64,000 nt of DNA from Promethearchaeota archaeon (GTDB lineage: Archaea; Asgardarchaeota; Lokiarchaeia; Sigyniarchaeales; SOKP01), in the NCBI GenBank assembly GCA_016839705.1, contig JAEOTR010000016.1, positions 32,001-96,000 of the forward strand, written 5' to 3'. This document shows, piece after piece, positions 37,739-48,439 of this stretch; positions within the stretch are counted from its first letter, which is position 1; each line of letters starts with the position of its first letter. Position numbers and translations under genes: made by a program. The notes under the pieces are model-generated. The model did not search any database. It saw only the letters and a list, made by a program, of their open reading frames with translations, and was not told where the DNA came from.

Positions 37739-37941
37739 TTTAGAAGTACACTTTCAACTATGGTTTAGAATTTTTATAATAATATAAATATATTTTAAAG
37801 CAGAATTTTAAAATTGAAGGCTTTTTAACATAAATTTCCCTATCACCCAGAGATAGGCTCTTTATTAACAATCAAAGAATTTTTCTATTAGATTTTGCTA
37901 TAAAGTTTATTACTTAAATTCATAATTTTTAGGTTATATTA

Positions 37942-39336
37942 TTGAGTGATCTAGAAGGATTAACAAGAAATTTATTAAAAAAAGGGTATACGGACCAGCA
38001 AATCATTCAAAGACTAGTCAAGGAATATCATGACTTTAAAGAAATTGAGGATGCCTCAGCTATAAAACTTGCGACAGCCATCTTAGATGAATGTCAAAAA
38101 AGCGACAAAAATCAAATAAAGGACTCTTTTATTAAAGAATTATTAGACATAAATAAAGCCGAAGTTACAGTAGGCGAGCAAGGTGTGGGATGTAGAGGTG
38201 CAGGAGATTTTTTTGTTCATAAAATAATCGCTGAATTATCAGAAACAGGATCCAAAGCTTTTTTAGCACCCACCTCCCTAGATGATGCAGGAGCAGTCAA
38301 GTTGCAAGATATTAAAGATAGTAACAATTTTTTAGTCTCTGGAGAAAATTTGTTTATTGTAACAAAAATGGAAGGGATTCATTCTCGTTTAAGCGATTTT
38401 CCATTTATCTGTGGATTTCATGTCACTCGAGCGTGTTTAAGGGATTTACTTGTTAAAGGAGCCAAACCTATTTCTATAATGGTTGATGTTCACTTAGGTG
38501 ATGATGCAGATGTAAGTAAACTTTTTGATTTTATGGCAGGAGTCTCTTCAATTTCAGAATTAGCAAAAGTTCCAATTACTGCAGGTTCAACATTGAGAAT
38601 AGGCGGTGATATGGTAATTGGTGATCGATTAGTCGGAGGTGTAAGTGCTGTTGGCATATGTAATAATTTATTAGCCAGAAGAAATATTTCAATTGGTGAT
38701 AAAATATTAATGACTGAGGGTGCTGGTGGAGGCACAATAACTACAACCGCAATCTATTCTGGTAATCATAATGTTGCAAAAGAAACCATAAATATCAAAT
38801 TTCTTGAAGCTTGTGAATTACTATTAAATTCTGATTATCTAAAAGATATTAGGGCTATGTGTGATGTTACTAATGGGGGTCTTCGAGGGGATCTCTATGA
38901 AATAAACTATGAGGCTAATTGTGGGGTGACAATTTATGAAAAAGAGGTTAAAAAACTTGTGAATCAGAACGTGTTAAATCTTTTAGAGAAAGTGCAAATA
39001 GATTACTTGGGTGTATCTCTAGATGCACTCCTAATTTATTGCTCAGAATCTATTTCAAAAAAGATCATTTCAGATTTAAAGAGTATAAATATTGAATGTG
39101 CTGAAATTGGTTTCGTCGATGGTTCTAGGGAAGTATCCATGATCTATTCCGATGAATTGAAAAAGAAAATCTTGCCACGATTTAGAGAGTCAGCATATAC
39201 AAAGGTGAAACAAGTGATTGGTGAAGAAACTCCAGAATTAATAGGAGAAATGGAAAAGAAAATTGAAGTAGCAGCCAACGCTGCTTTAGAAAAGCGGGAG
39301 AAGATTATCAAATATATTAAAAATATTCATTCTTAA
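37942..39336 (+). CDS. AIR synthase/PurM-fold protein (archaeal, function unknown)
   Basis: GVGCRGAGDF, DDAG, GIHSRLS, AGSTLRIGGD, DVTNGG. Confidence 0.85.
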   Translation: MSDLEGLTRNLLKKGYTDQQIIQRLVKEYHDFKEIEDASAIKLATAILDECQKSDKNQIKDSFIKELLDINKAEVTVGEQGVGCRGAGDFFVHKIIAELSETGSKAFLAPTSLDDAGAVKLQDIKDSNNFLVSGENLFIVTKMEGIHSRLSDFPFICGFHVTRACLRDLLVKGAKPISIMVDVHLGDDADVSKLFDFMAGVSSISELAKVPITAGSTLRIGGDMVIGDRLVGGVSAVGICNNLLARRNISIGDKILMTEGAGGGTITTTAIYSGNHNVAKETINIKFLEACELLLNSDYLKDIRAMCDVTNGGLRGDLYEINYEANCGVTIYEKEVKKLVNQNVLNLLEKVQIDYLGVSLDALLIYCSESISKKIISDLKSINIECAEIGFVDGSREVSMIYSDELKKKILPRFRESAYTKVKQVIGEETPELIGEMEKKIEVAANAALEKREKIIKYIKNIHS

Positions 39337-40157
39337 TTGAGTGTAAGAACTTCATTCATCGAACCAGAGCGAAACCCTTCTAAGTCAAAAGTGACGTAAC
39401 TAAAACCTAATTCCTTAAATTTTTCTTTAATTAAACTGATGTTTTCAGGTGTTAGAACTTTCTGAAAATCTTCTTGTAATAATTCAATTCGAGCTAAAGA
39501 ATTTTCATGGTGTCTAACTCTTAATTGTTTCAGATTAAAAGTGTTTTTCAAAAATTTCTCTCCTTCCCTTATCCGATTTAATTTTTCCTCATTTATCTCC
39601 TGTCCATATGGAACTCTTGAGGAAAAGCAAGCCATAGACGGTTTTGACTGAACAGATAAGTTAAAAAACTTGCTAAGTTCCCGAATTTCTTGTTTGTTTA
39701 TATTATATTCAATATATGGGGTAAAAATGTTTAACTCCTTCAATGCTTGCATTCCTGGACGATAATCTAAGAGATCATCTGCATTTGATCCATCCAAGAT
39801 GGTATCAAATTTTTTTTCTATTCTCACATTAATAATATCTTCATAAAGACCAGTTTTACATAGATAGCATCTATTTTCTGGATTACATTGGAAATCTTTA
39901 TCTTTTAACGGATCTCGTTCAATTATTCTATGAGGGATATTATGTGAATTAGCAAAGTGACTTGCTTCATCAATTTCCTCATCAGGATATAGGATGGTTT
40001 TTTCAGTTATAAGCAAAGTTTCTTTAGCATACCTACTTGAGAGATAGGCTAAGAGTGAGCTATCCACGCCTCCAGAAAAAGCCACAATTACTTTTTTTCC
40101 CTTTAGATATGAAATAATATTTTCTAACTTCTTTTCTATGTTATTTGGGAGTTCCAT
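39333..40157 (-). CDS. larE: LarE-family ATP-dependent sulfur transferase
   Basis: PP-loop AFSGGVDS, RCYLCK, DGSNADD..DYRPG, PSMACFSSR, FRSGSMN. Confidence 0.88.
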   Translation of the reverse strand: MELPNNIEKKLENIISYLKGKKVIVAFSGGVDSSLLAYLSSRYAKETLLITEKTILYPDEEIDEASHFANSHNIPHRIIERDPLKDKDFQCNPENRCYLCKTGLYEDIINVRIEKKFDTILDGSNADDLLDYRPGMQALKELNIFTPYIEYNINKQEIRELSKFFNLSVQSKPSMACFSSRVPYGQEINEEKLNRIREGEKFLKNTFNLKQLRVRHHENSLARIELLQEDFQKVLTPENISLIKEKFKELGFSYVTFDLEGFRSGSMNEVLTLN

Positions 40158-40268
40158 AATACAGTTTTAAAATCATTTGATAGAAAATGTATAGTATTGT
40201 ACAAAATAAAAATTTCGATTATAGGTTAAAAATTATAAAATCGAAAAAAAATGTAAAAATGAGGATAT

Positions 40269-41072
40269 TTACCATTTAAAGTTAGGATTAAAAAACAGTA
40301 TAGAGTTAAGCTTCTGTAACGTGATGAAAACTATTACATAATACCAGGTTAAAGCACTAAAAAGCATTATCCATTCCAGAAATTGTCTTGTTAATGGTTC
40401 TGGGGCAATCATAAATACTATCGAAGCAGTTGATGGACCCAATATCATAAAATAGCCAACTGCTTTTGGAAATAATCTTCTTTTTAATACAATCGCGAGG
40501 CCTGTGAAAAATGCACCAAAGGCGAAACCTCCAAAGGCTAATGAAGAAAAGTAAAAATGGGCATCCAATGGGGAACGATCTAAGCTAAACACACCAACAA
40601 AGAACATACCAAATATCCCCACAAAAAGACATACAACACCCATATATCCAAAAATTCTTCTAAATTTGATTACATTCCGAGAACGTTTTGTGTTATCTAT
40701 ATCTTCAATCATATGTGAACTATAGAGCCTACTAAGATTTAAAATTAAGGGAACAATGAAAATTGCAGATATAGTACATGTTAAATCAAGAATATACGGT
40801 GCGGGAGTATATTTAATTGAACCTAAATCACTAATCCAATTCAACCATAAGTTATAAGGAATTGGACCATAAGTTAGTGCAATAATCAGACCAAGGATTA
40901 TACCTGGTAAAAAGGTTGCTAAACTAATATAAATTGAAATTTTCACAATTTTCGGTTCAGTTACCTTTTCATAAAACTTCTTACTATTTCGCTTAATTCT
41001 CATGAACTTCGGATTTACAAAATCCACACAAAATTTATTAAATCGTTCCAAATAAGTTTCTTTTTCGCTCAT
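40269..41072 (-). CDS. DUF998-like multi-pass membrane protein
   Basis: YN...NWISDLG motif, about 6 TM segments, H and EW residues within TMs. Confidence 0.75.
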   Translation of the reverse strand: MSEKETYLERFNKFCVDFVNPKFMRIKRNSKKFYEKVTEPKIVKISIYISLATFLPGIILGLIIALTYGPIPYNLWLNWISDLGSIKYTPAPYILDLTCTISAIFIVPLILNLSRLYSSHMIEDIDNTKRSRNVIKFRRIFGYMGVVCLFVGIFGMFFVGVFSLDRSPLDAHFYFSSLAFGGFAFGAFFTGLAIVLKRRLFPKAVGYFMILGPSTASIVFMIAPEPLTRQFLEWIMLFSALTWYYVIVFITLQKLNSILFFNPNFKW

Positions 41073-41249
41073 TTTATTTCTCTATAATAGTTTCATTAAT
41101 TTATCATCGATAATAAAGTTTCTCTAACTCCAAAATTGATTTCAGAGTAAAATTAACCCGTTTTTCTTATTTATGTTATAGATTTTATCTATTTATTTCT
41201 ACCTTTTTCATCAAATTCTTTTTAAATTAAAAAAAAATACGAAGATTTA

Positions 41250-41272
41250 AATACTGTGTTTAATATAGTATT
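41250..41272. promoter_or_regulatory. Candidate PadR operator
   Basis: AATACT-N11-AGTATT inverted repeat upstream of the padR-like gene. Confidence 0.4.
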
Positions 41273-41330
41273 CATAAGATAATATAGAATAAATACTATA
41301 TAAATTAAAAATAAAACAAATAAAAAGGAG

Positions 41331-41882
41331 TTGATAGCTATTATTAAACGCGTAAAGGAATTAGGGTCTAATGCGTTAATCGCTTCAAGAGAATTTCGAG
41401 ATTACGTTGAAAAACAAGAAACGGAGATTAATCGAGGAATAAGCTCTCTTTGTATATTATCAATTCTAATGCAAACAGAGGAAAAAGAACTCCATGGATA
41501 TAAAATTTTAAAAGATCTCACAAAGAAGACAAATGAGATGTTAATTATCGAAGAGGGAACACTTTACCCAATACTAAGAAAACTAGAAGAAGATAACATC
41601 ATTAGTTCAAGAAAAGAAGAAACTGGAAGAAAAAAGAAATTCTATTGCATGACTGAATATGGAAAACAAGTCTTTAATCACCTCGCAGGATTTTATTCAA
41701 AACTAACTGAAGCGATCGCACCTTTATTTGATGTAAAGGTTGATTTACAACAAGAAAAATACTTTTATTGTCCAATGTGTGCCAATAAAATTGATCTTTC
41801 GAATAAAGAACTAAAATTTTGTACAATTTGTGGTTATAATATTGAACAAGAATTAATTGAAAGAGGTTTAAGAAATGAGTGA
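41331..41882 (+). CDS. PadR-family regulator with C-terminal zinc ribbon
   Basis: HGYKI, EGTLYPILRKLE, RKKKFY.MT..G; CPMC...CTICG. Confidence 0.92.
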   Translation: MIAIIKRVKELGSNALIASREFRDYVEKQETEINRGISSLCILSILMQTEEKELHGYKILKDLTKKTNEMLIIEEGTLYPILRKLEEDNIISSRKEETGRKKKFYCMTEYGKQVFNHLAGFYSKLTEAIAPLFDVKVDLQQEKYFYCPMCANKIDLSNKELKFCTICGYNIEQELIERGLRNE

Positions 41883-42891
41883 AATTGAAATGAAAAATTT
41901 GATTAAGGAATATTTGAAGGAAGTTAAGGCAAAATTACCCGAATGGTTAAAGGATAAAAAAGAGCATAAGGAAATTTTAGCTGAACTTGAAGAACATATT
42001 TGGAGTAAGGCAGAAGAATTATCGAAAACAGGTCAACCCACTATAAATTCGGTTCGCGAGGCAATTGATCATATGGGAACACCAGAGAGCATCGCCAAAG
42101 AATATAAACGTCGAGGAACTCCAAAAGTTTACATAACTGAGGAAATGTGGCCTTTATACAAAAAGGTTATAGGTTTTGTGTTCTCGTTAATAATCGTCAT
42201 CGCCGTTATAGTACAAGTGATAAATTTAGTTTTTGGAAATTATCATAACTTTTGGGAGGGATTCACGGGCATTCAAATTGGATTACTTATTGCGTTTGCC
42301 GTTATAACAATAATTTTTGTTCTTCTCTCTATGGAAGGATATTTTCCAGAAGATTTCATGTCTGAAAAAGAGCTAAAAAAGAGGAAAGAAGAACCTGGTA
42401 TAGAAGATGAAAGGGAAAAACCGTTAAAACCCTTTATAAAACCGGTAGGAGAAATAATTGGGGGCTCATTAGGATTAATATTTGGAGTGTTTTTGATTGT
42501 ACAACCACTCCCATTCATTTTTAGTCTTATTGACAGTGAGTTTCTTTTATTCCTTCAATTTGCGGGTATTTTCATGATTGCTGAGGGTACTTTAGATATG
42601 ATTAGAGGTTTAATCGGGAATCGACAACCATTAGCCCATCAAGTCGTTCATGCCATTACTGTAGGTGTAAAGCTAGCTTCTATTTCAGTAGTAGTTTTGA
42701 TGATGAATAGACCAGAAATATTCCCTATATTAATTGTTCAGGACCCGTCAGGTCCCCTGATAAATATCGGTATTGCCCCAGAGTTTTATAATCTTTTTAG
42801 AATAATTGCAGGAATCATTATTGCTGTGGTTGCTTTAAGTACTTTAGAAAACTTCTATAAGATTTACAAACTCGAAAGTTATAAAAAATAG
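41875..42891 (+). CDS. HAAS-domain membrane protein (PadR partner)
   Basis: YLKEVK...EILAELEEHI...MGTPESIAKEY followed by TM helices; overlaps the padR-like gene. Confidence 0.82.
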   Translation: MSEIEMKNLIKEYLKEVKAKLPEWLKDKKEHKEILAELEEHIWSKAEELSKTGQPTINSVREAIDHMGTPESIAKEYKRRGTPKVYITEEMWPLYKKVIGFVFSLIIVIAVIVQVINLVFGNYHNFWEGFTGIQIGLLIAFAVITIIFVLLSMEGYFPEDFMSEKELKKRKEEPGIEDEREKPLKPFIKPVGEIIGGSLGLIFGVFLIVQPLPFIFSLIDSEFLLFLQFAGIFMIAEGTLDMIRGLIGNRQPLAHQVVHAITVGVKLASISVVVLMMNRPEIFPILIVQDPSGPLINIGIAPEFYNLFRIIAGIIIAVVALSTLENFYKIYKLESYKK

Positions 42892-42971
42892 GAATAAAAA
42901 AATTTTTTTTTTTTTGCTTTTTTTTTTATTAAGTCTTTTTTCTTTTTGATTTTAGTACATATAGAAAAAAA

Positions 42972-45224
42972 TTAGTATGAAGTGTGAGTACTACTCATGT
43001 TAACTAATCTTGGTAAAACTATGCAAGAAGGATAATCTGGACCTACAAGTAGTGTATTATTAGCGATATTGTAGTTTAAATAGCTATAAGCTAATGGTGC
43101 CCCTGTATTTGGATTTGCTGCGAAACGAGGATAATTAGAACTCGAGATTGCAATTCTTATCTTATGACCTTGTGCAAAAACATAGGCTGTGGACCATAAA
43201 TCAACAAATAATTCATAGACATCGGTTTGATTCCCTGACATAAATCCTTCAGAGGTATAATTATTTCTTGAACGAACTGTTAAAGAACCATCTGTTATTA
43301 ACATCGAACGTCCATCTGGATAAACATCAGTAAGTTTTACTGTAAAATCTGTATCCGTACAATTGGAAGTAACAAATAAATTCCCAAAAATTCTTCCTAC
43401 GGTCTCCACTGATTCTGGTAATGCTGTGCTTTCAAAGATTAGAACATCAGGTCTACTCTCGGTAGACCTCTGATCCATTGGGCCTGCTAAGTCGAAAGGT
43501 TGGTTTTGTCCCCCTAAATTTGGAACAGGATCTCTTGGATCGTATAAGTAAGAGAAATTCTTATTTATAGAAGGAAGAGTACTATTAATTAAACCGCTAG
43601 TTGACGTGAAATACCACTTATCATCCACATGATCAAGAGGCCAATCATAAGCATATCTCCAGTAATTCCAATCATCAGAAGGAGTATCTACATCGCCCAT
43701 TAGATAATAGGCGACCCTTTCTCTGTTCCAATTTGTAGACTTCCCTAAAAGAGCATAATCAAAAACAGCCATTTCCCAATTCAAAGCAAGATTAAAGCCA
43801 ATTGAGTTCTTTGGATAACTTAATTCTCCTTGTTTTACTGAATCAAACAAGTTGACATGAGTCCATGGTCCCATTATTAATCTTTGTTTACCTTGAGCGC
43901 TAAGGGCACCATAATCATCATATCCAATGTATCCATCGATAGTACCTTGTAAAAAATGGTCATACCAGCCACCCACATGTATTCCCGCAACAGAAACGTT
44001 CGAATAGACTGGTCCAATTGGTATTGATAACGATGTTGAATTGTATAGTGTTTCATCTTTAGGATTTGAAAACGATAAAAGAGTTTCGATTTGATATTTC
44101 CAATTGTTTGGAGCATTATCTTGAATCCATGTCTCAACGGAGGATTTATGGTAAGAGCCTTGATAGATTGCATGATCGTATAATTCTGGAGTTCCAAACC
44201 ATAGTTGTTGGGCGACTAATCCCTCAGGAGCCATTCCTGCATAGAAATATTGATTGATACAGAGTGCGGAAGGTCCAGCGCTCGCAATTTTGCCATTACA
44301 CCAACTTTGGTCTAATATCCAATTGATAGTGTCAACGCCATCTAAATAGGAATCTTTAAAGAGTAAGAATTGACTTCCTCCTTCAGAATCATGAGTTCCC
44401 CTTAAATCTTGTACTACTGCATGGTATTCTTGAGTTGTATAATACTGTAAAGCCAAATCAGCAGCCCAACCTGATTTACCATAAGGAGTTCTTACCATAA
44501 CAACTGGTTTTGGGGTTCCAAAAGAACCCGGAGAAAAATATAAATCAGTAGCTAATTTGACACCATCCCTCATCTCAACCATATATGTCTTTTTTGTGGT
44601 AGGAGCGTATACTAGAGTAATTGTAAGAATAGTGGAAGGGATTGCTATTAAAAGTATTAAACTTGCAGCTTTAACTGGTCTTGGAAATTTATTCAACCAT
44701 CTTTTATCATATTTAGTGATCAACTTTGAAAGCGAGAGATTAGAAATTTTTAACCCATAATGGAAGTAGGCTAGTAGACTTATCCCGACTGCGGCTATCG
44801 AGTAATAATTCACTTCAATAAACAGAAACCAAATTATTCCTCCCAAAGGTATAAGTATATTGAATAGTTTTGCTATTTTATCTATATACTTAAATCTTAT
44901 ATTTTTGCTGATGTGTTTAAGATAATTGGTTGTCATCAATAATGAATAAAAAGAGATGAATACCGCAATAGGGGATAATACAATTCCAATTAAAATTATT
45001 GAAACCTGTTTTAAGGTAAAGTTAATAATTTCATTTTTAGTAAATAACTTCTTCCCTTCTTCCAACTCTTTATTAAAATCTTTGTAATAATTGAAGTAAT
45101 ACGCACCTATGTATAATCCGCGGCAGATTAGTAGCATTAGTAAATTAGTGGTAAAGATTTGTTCGAAGTTTAAGTACCCTAAACTATATAGCTGAAAAAA
45201 TATCATTATAATCCAATTAATCAT
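42972..45224 (-). CDS. CocE/NonD-family serine hydrolase with N-terminal multi-TM domain
   Basis: MRDGVKLATD, RTPY, QDLRG..DSEG, GPSA, GGWYD, GPWTH, SSSNYPRF. Confidence 0.9.
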   Translation of the reverse strand: MINWIIMIFFQLYSLGYLNFEQIFTTNLLMLLICRGLYIGAYYFNYYKDFNKELEEGKKLFTKNEIINFTLKQVSIILIGIVLSPIAVFISFYSLLMTTNYLKHISKNIRFKYIDKIAKLFNILIPLGGIIWFLFIEVNYYSIAAVGISLLAYFHYGLKISNLSLSKLITKYDKRWLNKFPRPVKAASLILLIAIPSTILTITLVYAPTTKKTYMVEMRDGVKLATDLYFSPGSFGTPKPVVMVRTPYGKSGWAADLALQYYTTQEYHAVVQDLRGTHDSEGGSQFLLFKDSYLDGVDTINWILDQSWCNGKIASAGPSALCINQYFYAGMAPEGLVAQQLWFGTPELYDHAIYQGSYHKSSVETWIQDNAPNNWKYQIETLLSFSNPKDETLYNSTSLSIPIGPVYSNVSVAGIHVGGWYDHFLQGTIDGYIGYDDYGALSAQGKQRLIMGPWTHVNLFDSVKQGELSYPKNSIGFNLALNWEMAVFDYALLGKSTNWNRERVAYYLMGDVDTPSDDWNYWRYAYDWPLDHVDDKWYFTSTSGLINSTLPSINKNFSYLYDPRDPVPNLGGQNQPFDLAGPMDQRSTESRPDVLIFESTALPESVETVGRIFGNLFVTSNCTDTDFTVKLTDVYPDGRSMLITDGSLTVRSRNNYTSEGFMSGNQTDVYELFVDLWSTAYVFAQGHKIRIAISSSNYPRFAANPNTGAPLAYSYLNYNIANNTLLVGPDYPSCIVLPRLVNMSSTHTSY

Positions 45225-45291
45225 AAACTATATTGAGATTAGCTTACTAATAAAAGTATTTGATTGTTTAATCAACCAAATTTCTTTATAA

Positions 45292-46719
45292 TTGATGAGA
45301 AATACAATAGAATCTTCAGAGGAAAATCTTCATCGAAGGTCTTATGGTGTTCATCTAACCTCAAGCGATATTTTCTTGAAGTTTATTTTCCCTGAAATAA
45401 AGGAAAAAATATGGGGATATAAATGGGTTGATTTATATGCTGGAGAAGGTAATCTAATATTGCCTATATTGAAATCAATCCCCCCCGCGGATAGGATAAA
45501 TTTTTTTAAAAATCATATTTATTTATCCGATATACAGGAAGAAATGTTAGAAAAATGCATTAAGAGAGCTTCGGATTATGGTATTCCTCCTGAAGTGGCT
45601 TCACGCAATGTAGAACTTAGGGATAATCTAGAACAATCACCTGATTTTTTAAAGGATAATCGAAAATCGATATTCCATATTACTAATCCACCATACCTTT
45701 ATTTAGGATATATTAGAAAAAATGAAGAAACTCAGAAATATCTAAAGTTATTTGAAGGGAAAAATGATGGTTATCAGGATTTATACCAAATTGCGATGCT
45801 AAATGATTTAAGGAATCAATTGGACAATCTTATCTACATTATCCCTTCTAATTTTTTATTTGGAGCCTCTGTCTCTAATAAATTTCGAAATGATTTCTTA
45901 CAATTTTATAAAATTAAGAAAATGATAATATTTGAGACGAGGATATTCGAGTTTACGGGAACCAACATCTGTATTGGTTTTTTTGAGAGAAAAAAAGTCC
46001 CTAAATCAGAGAATGTTGAATTTATGGGCGTTAAATTTAAACAACACAATAAAGAAATTAAAAAAAAATATTTGCTTAAACCAGAATACAAATACCGAGC
46101 CGGTTATGAATTTGATGATTTTTTAGATAAAAATCGAATAAAAATTCCTCTGACTACTAATTATTATTTATTAAAAAAGGAAGTAAAAAACAATATAGGA
46201 ATTAACAAGTTAAGTGTTATAGACGCTAATAATTATAAAAATAATCATTATATTAAACTCGATCTTAAGGTAAATGATAATTTAAAAAACAAAGTCGAAT
46301 CCAATATATTATATGTTCGAACTGTTGATACTGGATCAATAGATGGCAGAGTTGGATTAGGAATAATTGCAGAAGATTTTAATGTTGATGGAATATATGT
46401 ATCTGGGAATACTTACAGAACTCATCCAATCCAACTATTTTTTGAACCAAATTTATCGCAACATGAGCAATTTTTATTAAAAGATTATTTTAATTTTATT
46501 TTGGAATATTTTAGAGAGAAATTAGATAGTGAATTTCTCACTACCTATAAATATTCTAACGCTGATTATACAAGAAAATATTTAGGCTTAACTCAAGTCA
46601 GAAAATTAATTCAAACTTTCCCTTACATGATGATGAACGAAAAATTCAACCAGAAGTTGGCATCTTTAATTGAAAAAAAAGATTTGGATGATATTTTAGA
46701 TTTATTTGATGCTTGCTAA
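45292..46719 (+). CDS. N6-adenine DNA methyltransferase (gamma-type motif order), no cognate nuclease nearby
   Basis: DLYAGEG motif I, TNPPY motif IV, DLY, IIPSNFL. Confidence 0.82.
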   Translation: MMRNTIESSEENLHRRSYGVHLTSSDIFLKFIFPEIKEKIWGYKWVDLYAGEGNLILPILKSIPPADRINFFKNHIYLSDIQEEMLEKCIKRASDYGIPPEVASRNVELRDNLEQSPDFLKDNRKSIFHITNPPYLYLGYIRKNEETQKYLKLFEGKNDGYQDLYQIAMLNDLRNQLDNLIYIIPSNFLFGASVSNKFRNDFLQFYKIKKMIIFETRIFEFTGTNICIGFFERKKVPKSENVEFMGVKFKQHNKEIKKKYLLKPEYKYRAGYEFDDFLDKNRIKIPLTTNYYLLKKEVKNNIGINKLSVIDANNYKNNHYIKLDLKVNDNLKNKVESNILYVRTVDTGSIDGRVGLGIIAEDFNVDGIYVSGNTYRTHPIQLFFEPNLSQHEQFLLKDYFNFILEYFREKLDSEFLTTYKYSNADYTRKYLGLTQVRKLIQTFPYMMMNEKFNQKLASLIEKKDLDDILDLFDAC

Positions 46720-47577
46720 AAGAAAAGCTATTAAACCTAGATATGCCCCTATCTTCAAAACTAAGCTAATTTTTTTAAAATTCTCTCTCATTAAATTACC
46801 TTTAGCCATTAAAATAACAGCAAACAAAACTACAATAAAACCAAAAGCCATAGAAATTAAGAAGAGTAATGGATTTAGAATATTAGTAAAATAAGGTAAT
46901 ATGTAAAAGACCATTGCGAAAATTGCAAATACCATAGCAATATAGGTTGATTTTTTTGTTCCAATCCTAATAGCTAAAGTTTTCACGCCTTCTATTTTAT
47001 CTCCTTCAATATCTTCACACCCTTTAATAATTTCTCGAGAGAGCAGAGCGAAGAATGCCGCTGAAAAGAAGAAATATATATAAAAAGGCACATTCGAATT
47101 ATTTAAAATTGCCCCATAGATAAGTCCGATAGAAAATGATGCACTGACAATAATATTACCGATAAATCCACTCTTCTTACCCCAAGCAGCGTATAACCAT
47201 CCAATAAAAACCATTAAAACCACTATAATAATATTTATAAAAAATATTTGAAATAGAAAACTATGAATTATTGCTATAACTATACCAATAAGGGCGGTGG
47301 TTATCCATAAAGTCTTTGCTTGCTTTAAAGATATTGCTCCTCTAGGAATGGGCCTATCTGGACGATTTATTTTATCTATTTCTATATCATAATAGTCGTT
47401 TATGATGTTTCCTGCACCTGCCAAAAAAAAGTATGTAAGAACACCTAATATTATATTAAAAATCAAAGTTACTGCATTGACCCCAATCCTAGTATTTAAA
47501 ATTCCTATGATTACACTTAAACTACCCATTATATCGTTAAGTGGTCTGAGTATTTCAATAATATCTTTAAACTTCAT
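46702..47577 (-). CDS. Digeranylgeranylglyceryl phosphate synthase (UbiA family)
   Basis: NDYYDIEIDKINRPDRPIPRG, REIIKGCEDIEGD; adjacent to GGGPS. Confidence 0.92.
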   Translation of the reverse strand: MKFKDIIEILRPLNDIMGSLSVIIGILNTRIGVNAVTLIFNIILGVLTYFFLAGAGNIINDYYDIEIDKINRPDRPIPRGAISLKQAKTLWITTALIGIVIAIIHSFLFQIFFINIIIVVLMVFIGWLYAAWGKKSGFIGNIIVSASFSIGLIYGAILNNSNVPFYIYFFFSAAFFALLSREIIKGCEDIEGDKIEGVKTLAIRIGTKKSTYIAMVFAIFAMVFYILPYFTNILNPLLFLISMAFGFIVVLFAVILMAKGNLMRENFKKISLVLKIGAYLGLIAFLLASIK

Positions 47578-47601
47578 GATTTAATTCTTAATAATATTCT
47601 A

Positions 47602-48426
47602 TTAAGTAGAAAAATTCTTCTTCTGAGCTTTTCCTGCTTCTTTAATTTCTTTAATAATTAATTTTAGAGAATTTCCATTATCTTTAAGTACATGATTTTC
47701 GAGATACGTTCCCATAACGATGATATCTGCTCCTGCTTCAACAAATGCTCTTGCGTCTTCTTTATTTTGAACGCCACCTCCAGCTATTATTGGAATATTT
47801 AGGATTTGTGAACATGTAGTTATATGGTCTATAGGAATCTTTTCACTACCTGATCCTGCTTCCAAATAGACCATTTTAAATCCATACATTTCAGCAGCTA
47901 ATGCATAAGCAGTCGTTAATTTAGGTTTGTGTCTAGGCAATAGTTTTGCATTTCCTATCCACCCTGCACTACCACCGGGTTCTATTATTAAATATGCCAT
48001 TGATATATATTCTAAATTTGCACTTTTAATTGTAAAAGATGCAAGAGCTTGTTGCCCAACAATAAAATAAGGATCTGAGGAATTTAATAATGACATAAAC
48101 AAAATAGCATCAGCATGGTGAGAGATATTGCTAATCCCTCCCGGAAAAATAATTACTGGCACATTAGCTTCACTTTTCACAGCAAGTACAGTTTTATCTA
48201 CAAATCCTTGATTAAAAATAGTACTTCCGCCAATTAATATAGCATCTGTTCCCGCCTCTTGAGCAATTTTAGCCATCTTTGCGGCTTTGTTTGGATTTTG
48301 CCTCATTGGATCCGGATCGATTAGAGAAAAATGCAAGGCACCCTCACTATTTAGTTTTTTTATGATATATTCATAAGTACTTTTTTCAATATACTCATCT
48401 ATTACAATATCAACCATATTATTCAC
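47602..48426 (-). CDS. Geranylgeranylglyceryl phosphate synthase (group II-like)
   Basis: LIDPD, IGGST, FMSLLNS, YLEAGSG, GGG, MGT. Confidence 0.93.
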   Translation of the reverse strand: MNNMVDIVIDEYIEKSTYEYIIKKLNSEGALHFSLIDPDPMRQNPNKAAKMAKIAQEAGTDAILIGGSTIFNQGFVDKTVLAVKSEANVPVIIFPGGISNISHHADAILFMSLLNSSDPYFIVGQQALASFTIKSANLEYISMAYLIIEPGGSAGWIGNAKLLPRHKPKLTTAYALAAEMYGFKMVYLEAGSGSEKIPIDHITTCSQILNIPIIAGGGVQNKEDARAFVEAGADIIVMGTYLENHVLKDNGNSLKLIIKEIKEAGKAQKKNFST

Positions 48427-48439
48427 TCCTTAATCCTTA

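Noticed and set aside
45225-45275. In-frame TTG...TAG upstream of the CocE gene (MIKQSNTFISKLISI*FM...), possible amber read-through or nonsense mutation
   Set aside because: Would leave only about 16 bp to the divergent MTase ORF, no pyl genes are in the window, and a normal ATG follows immediately
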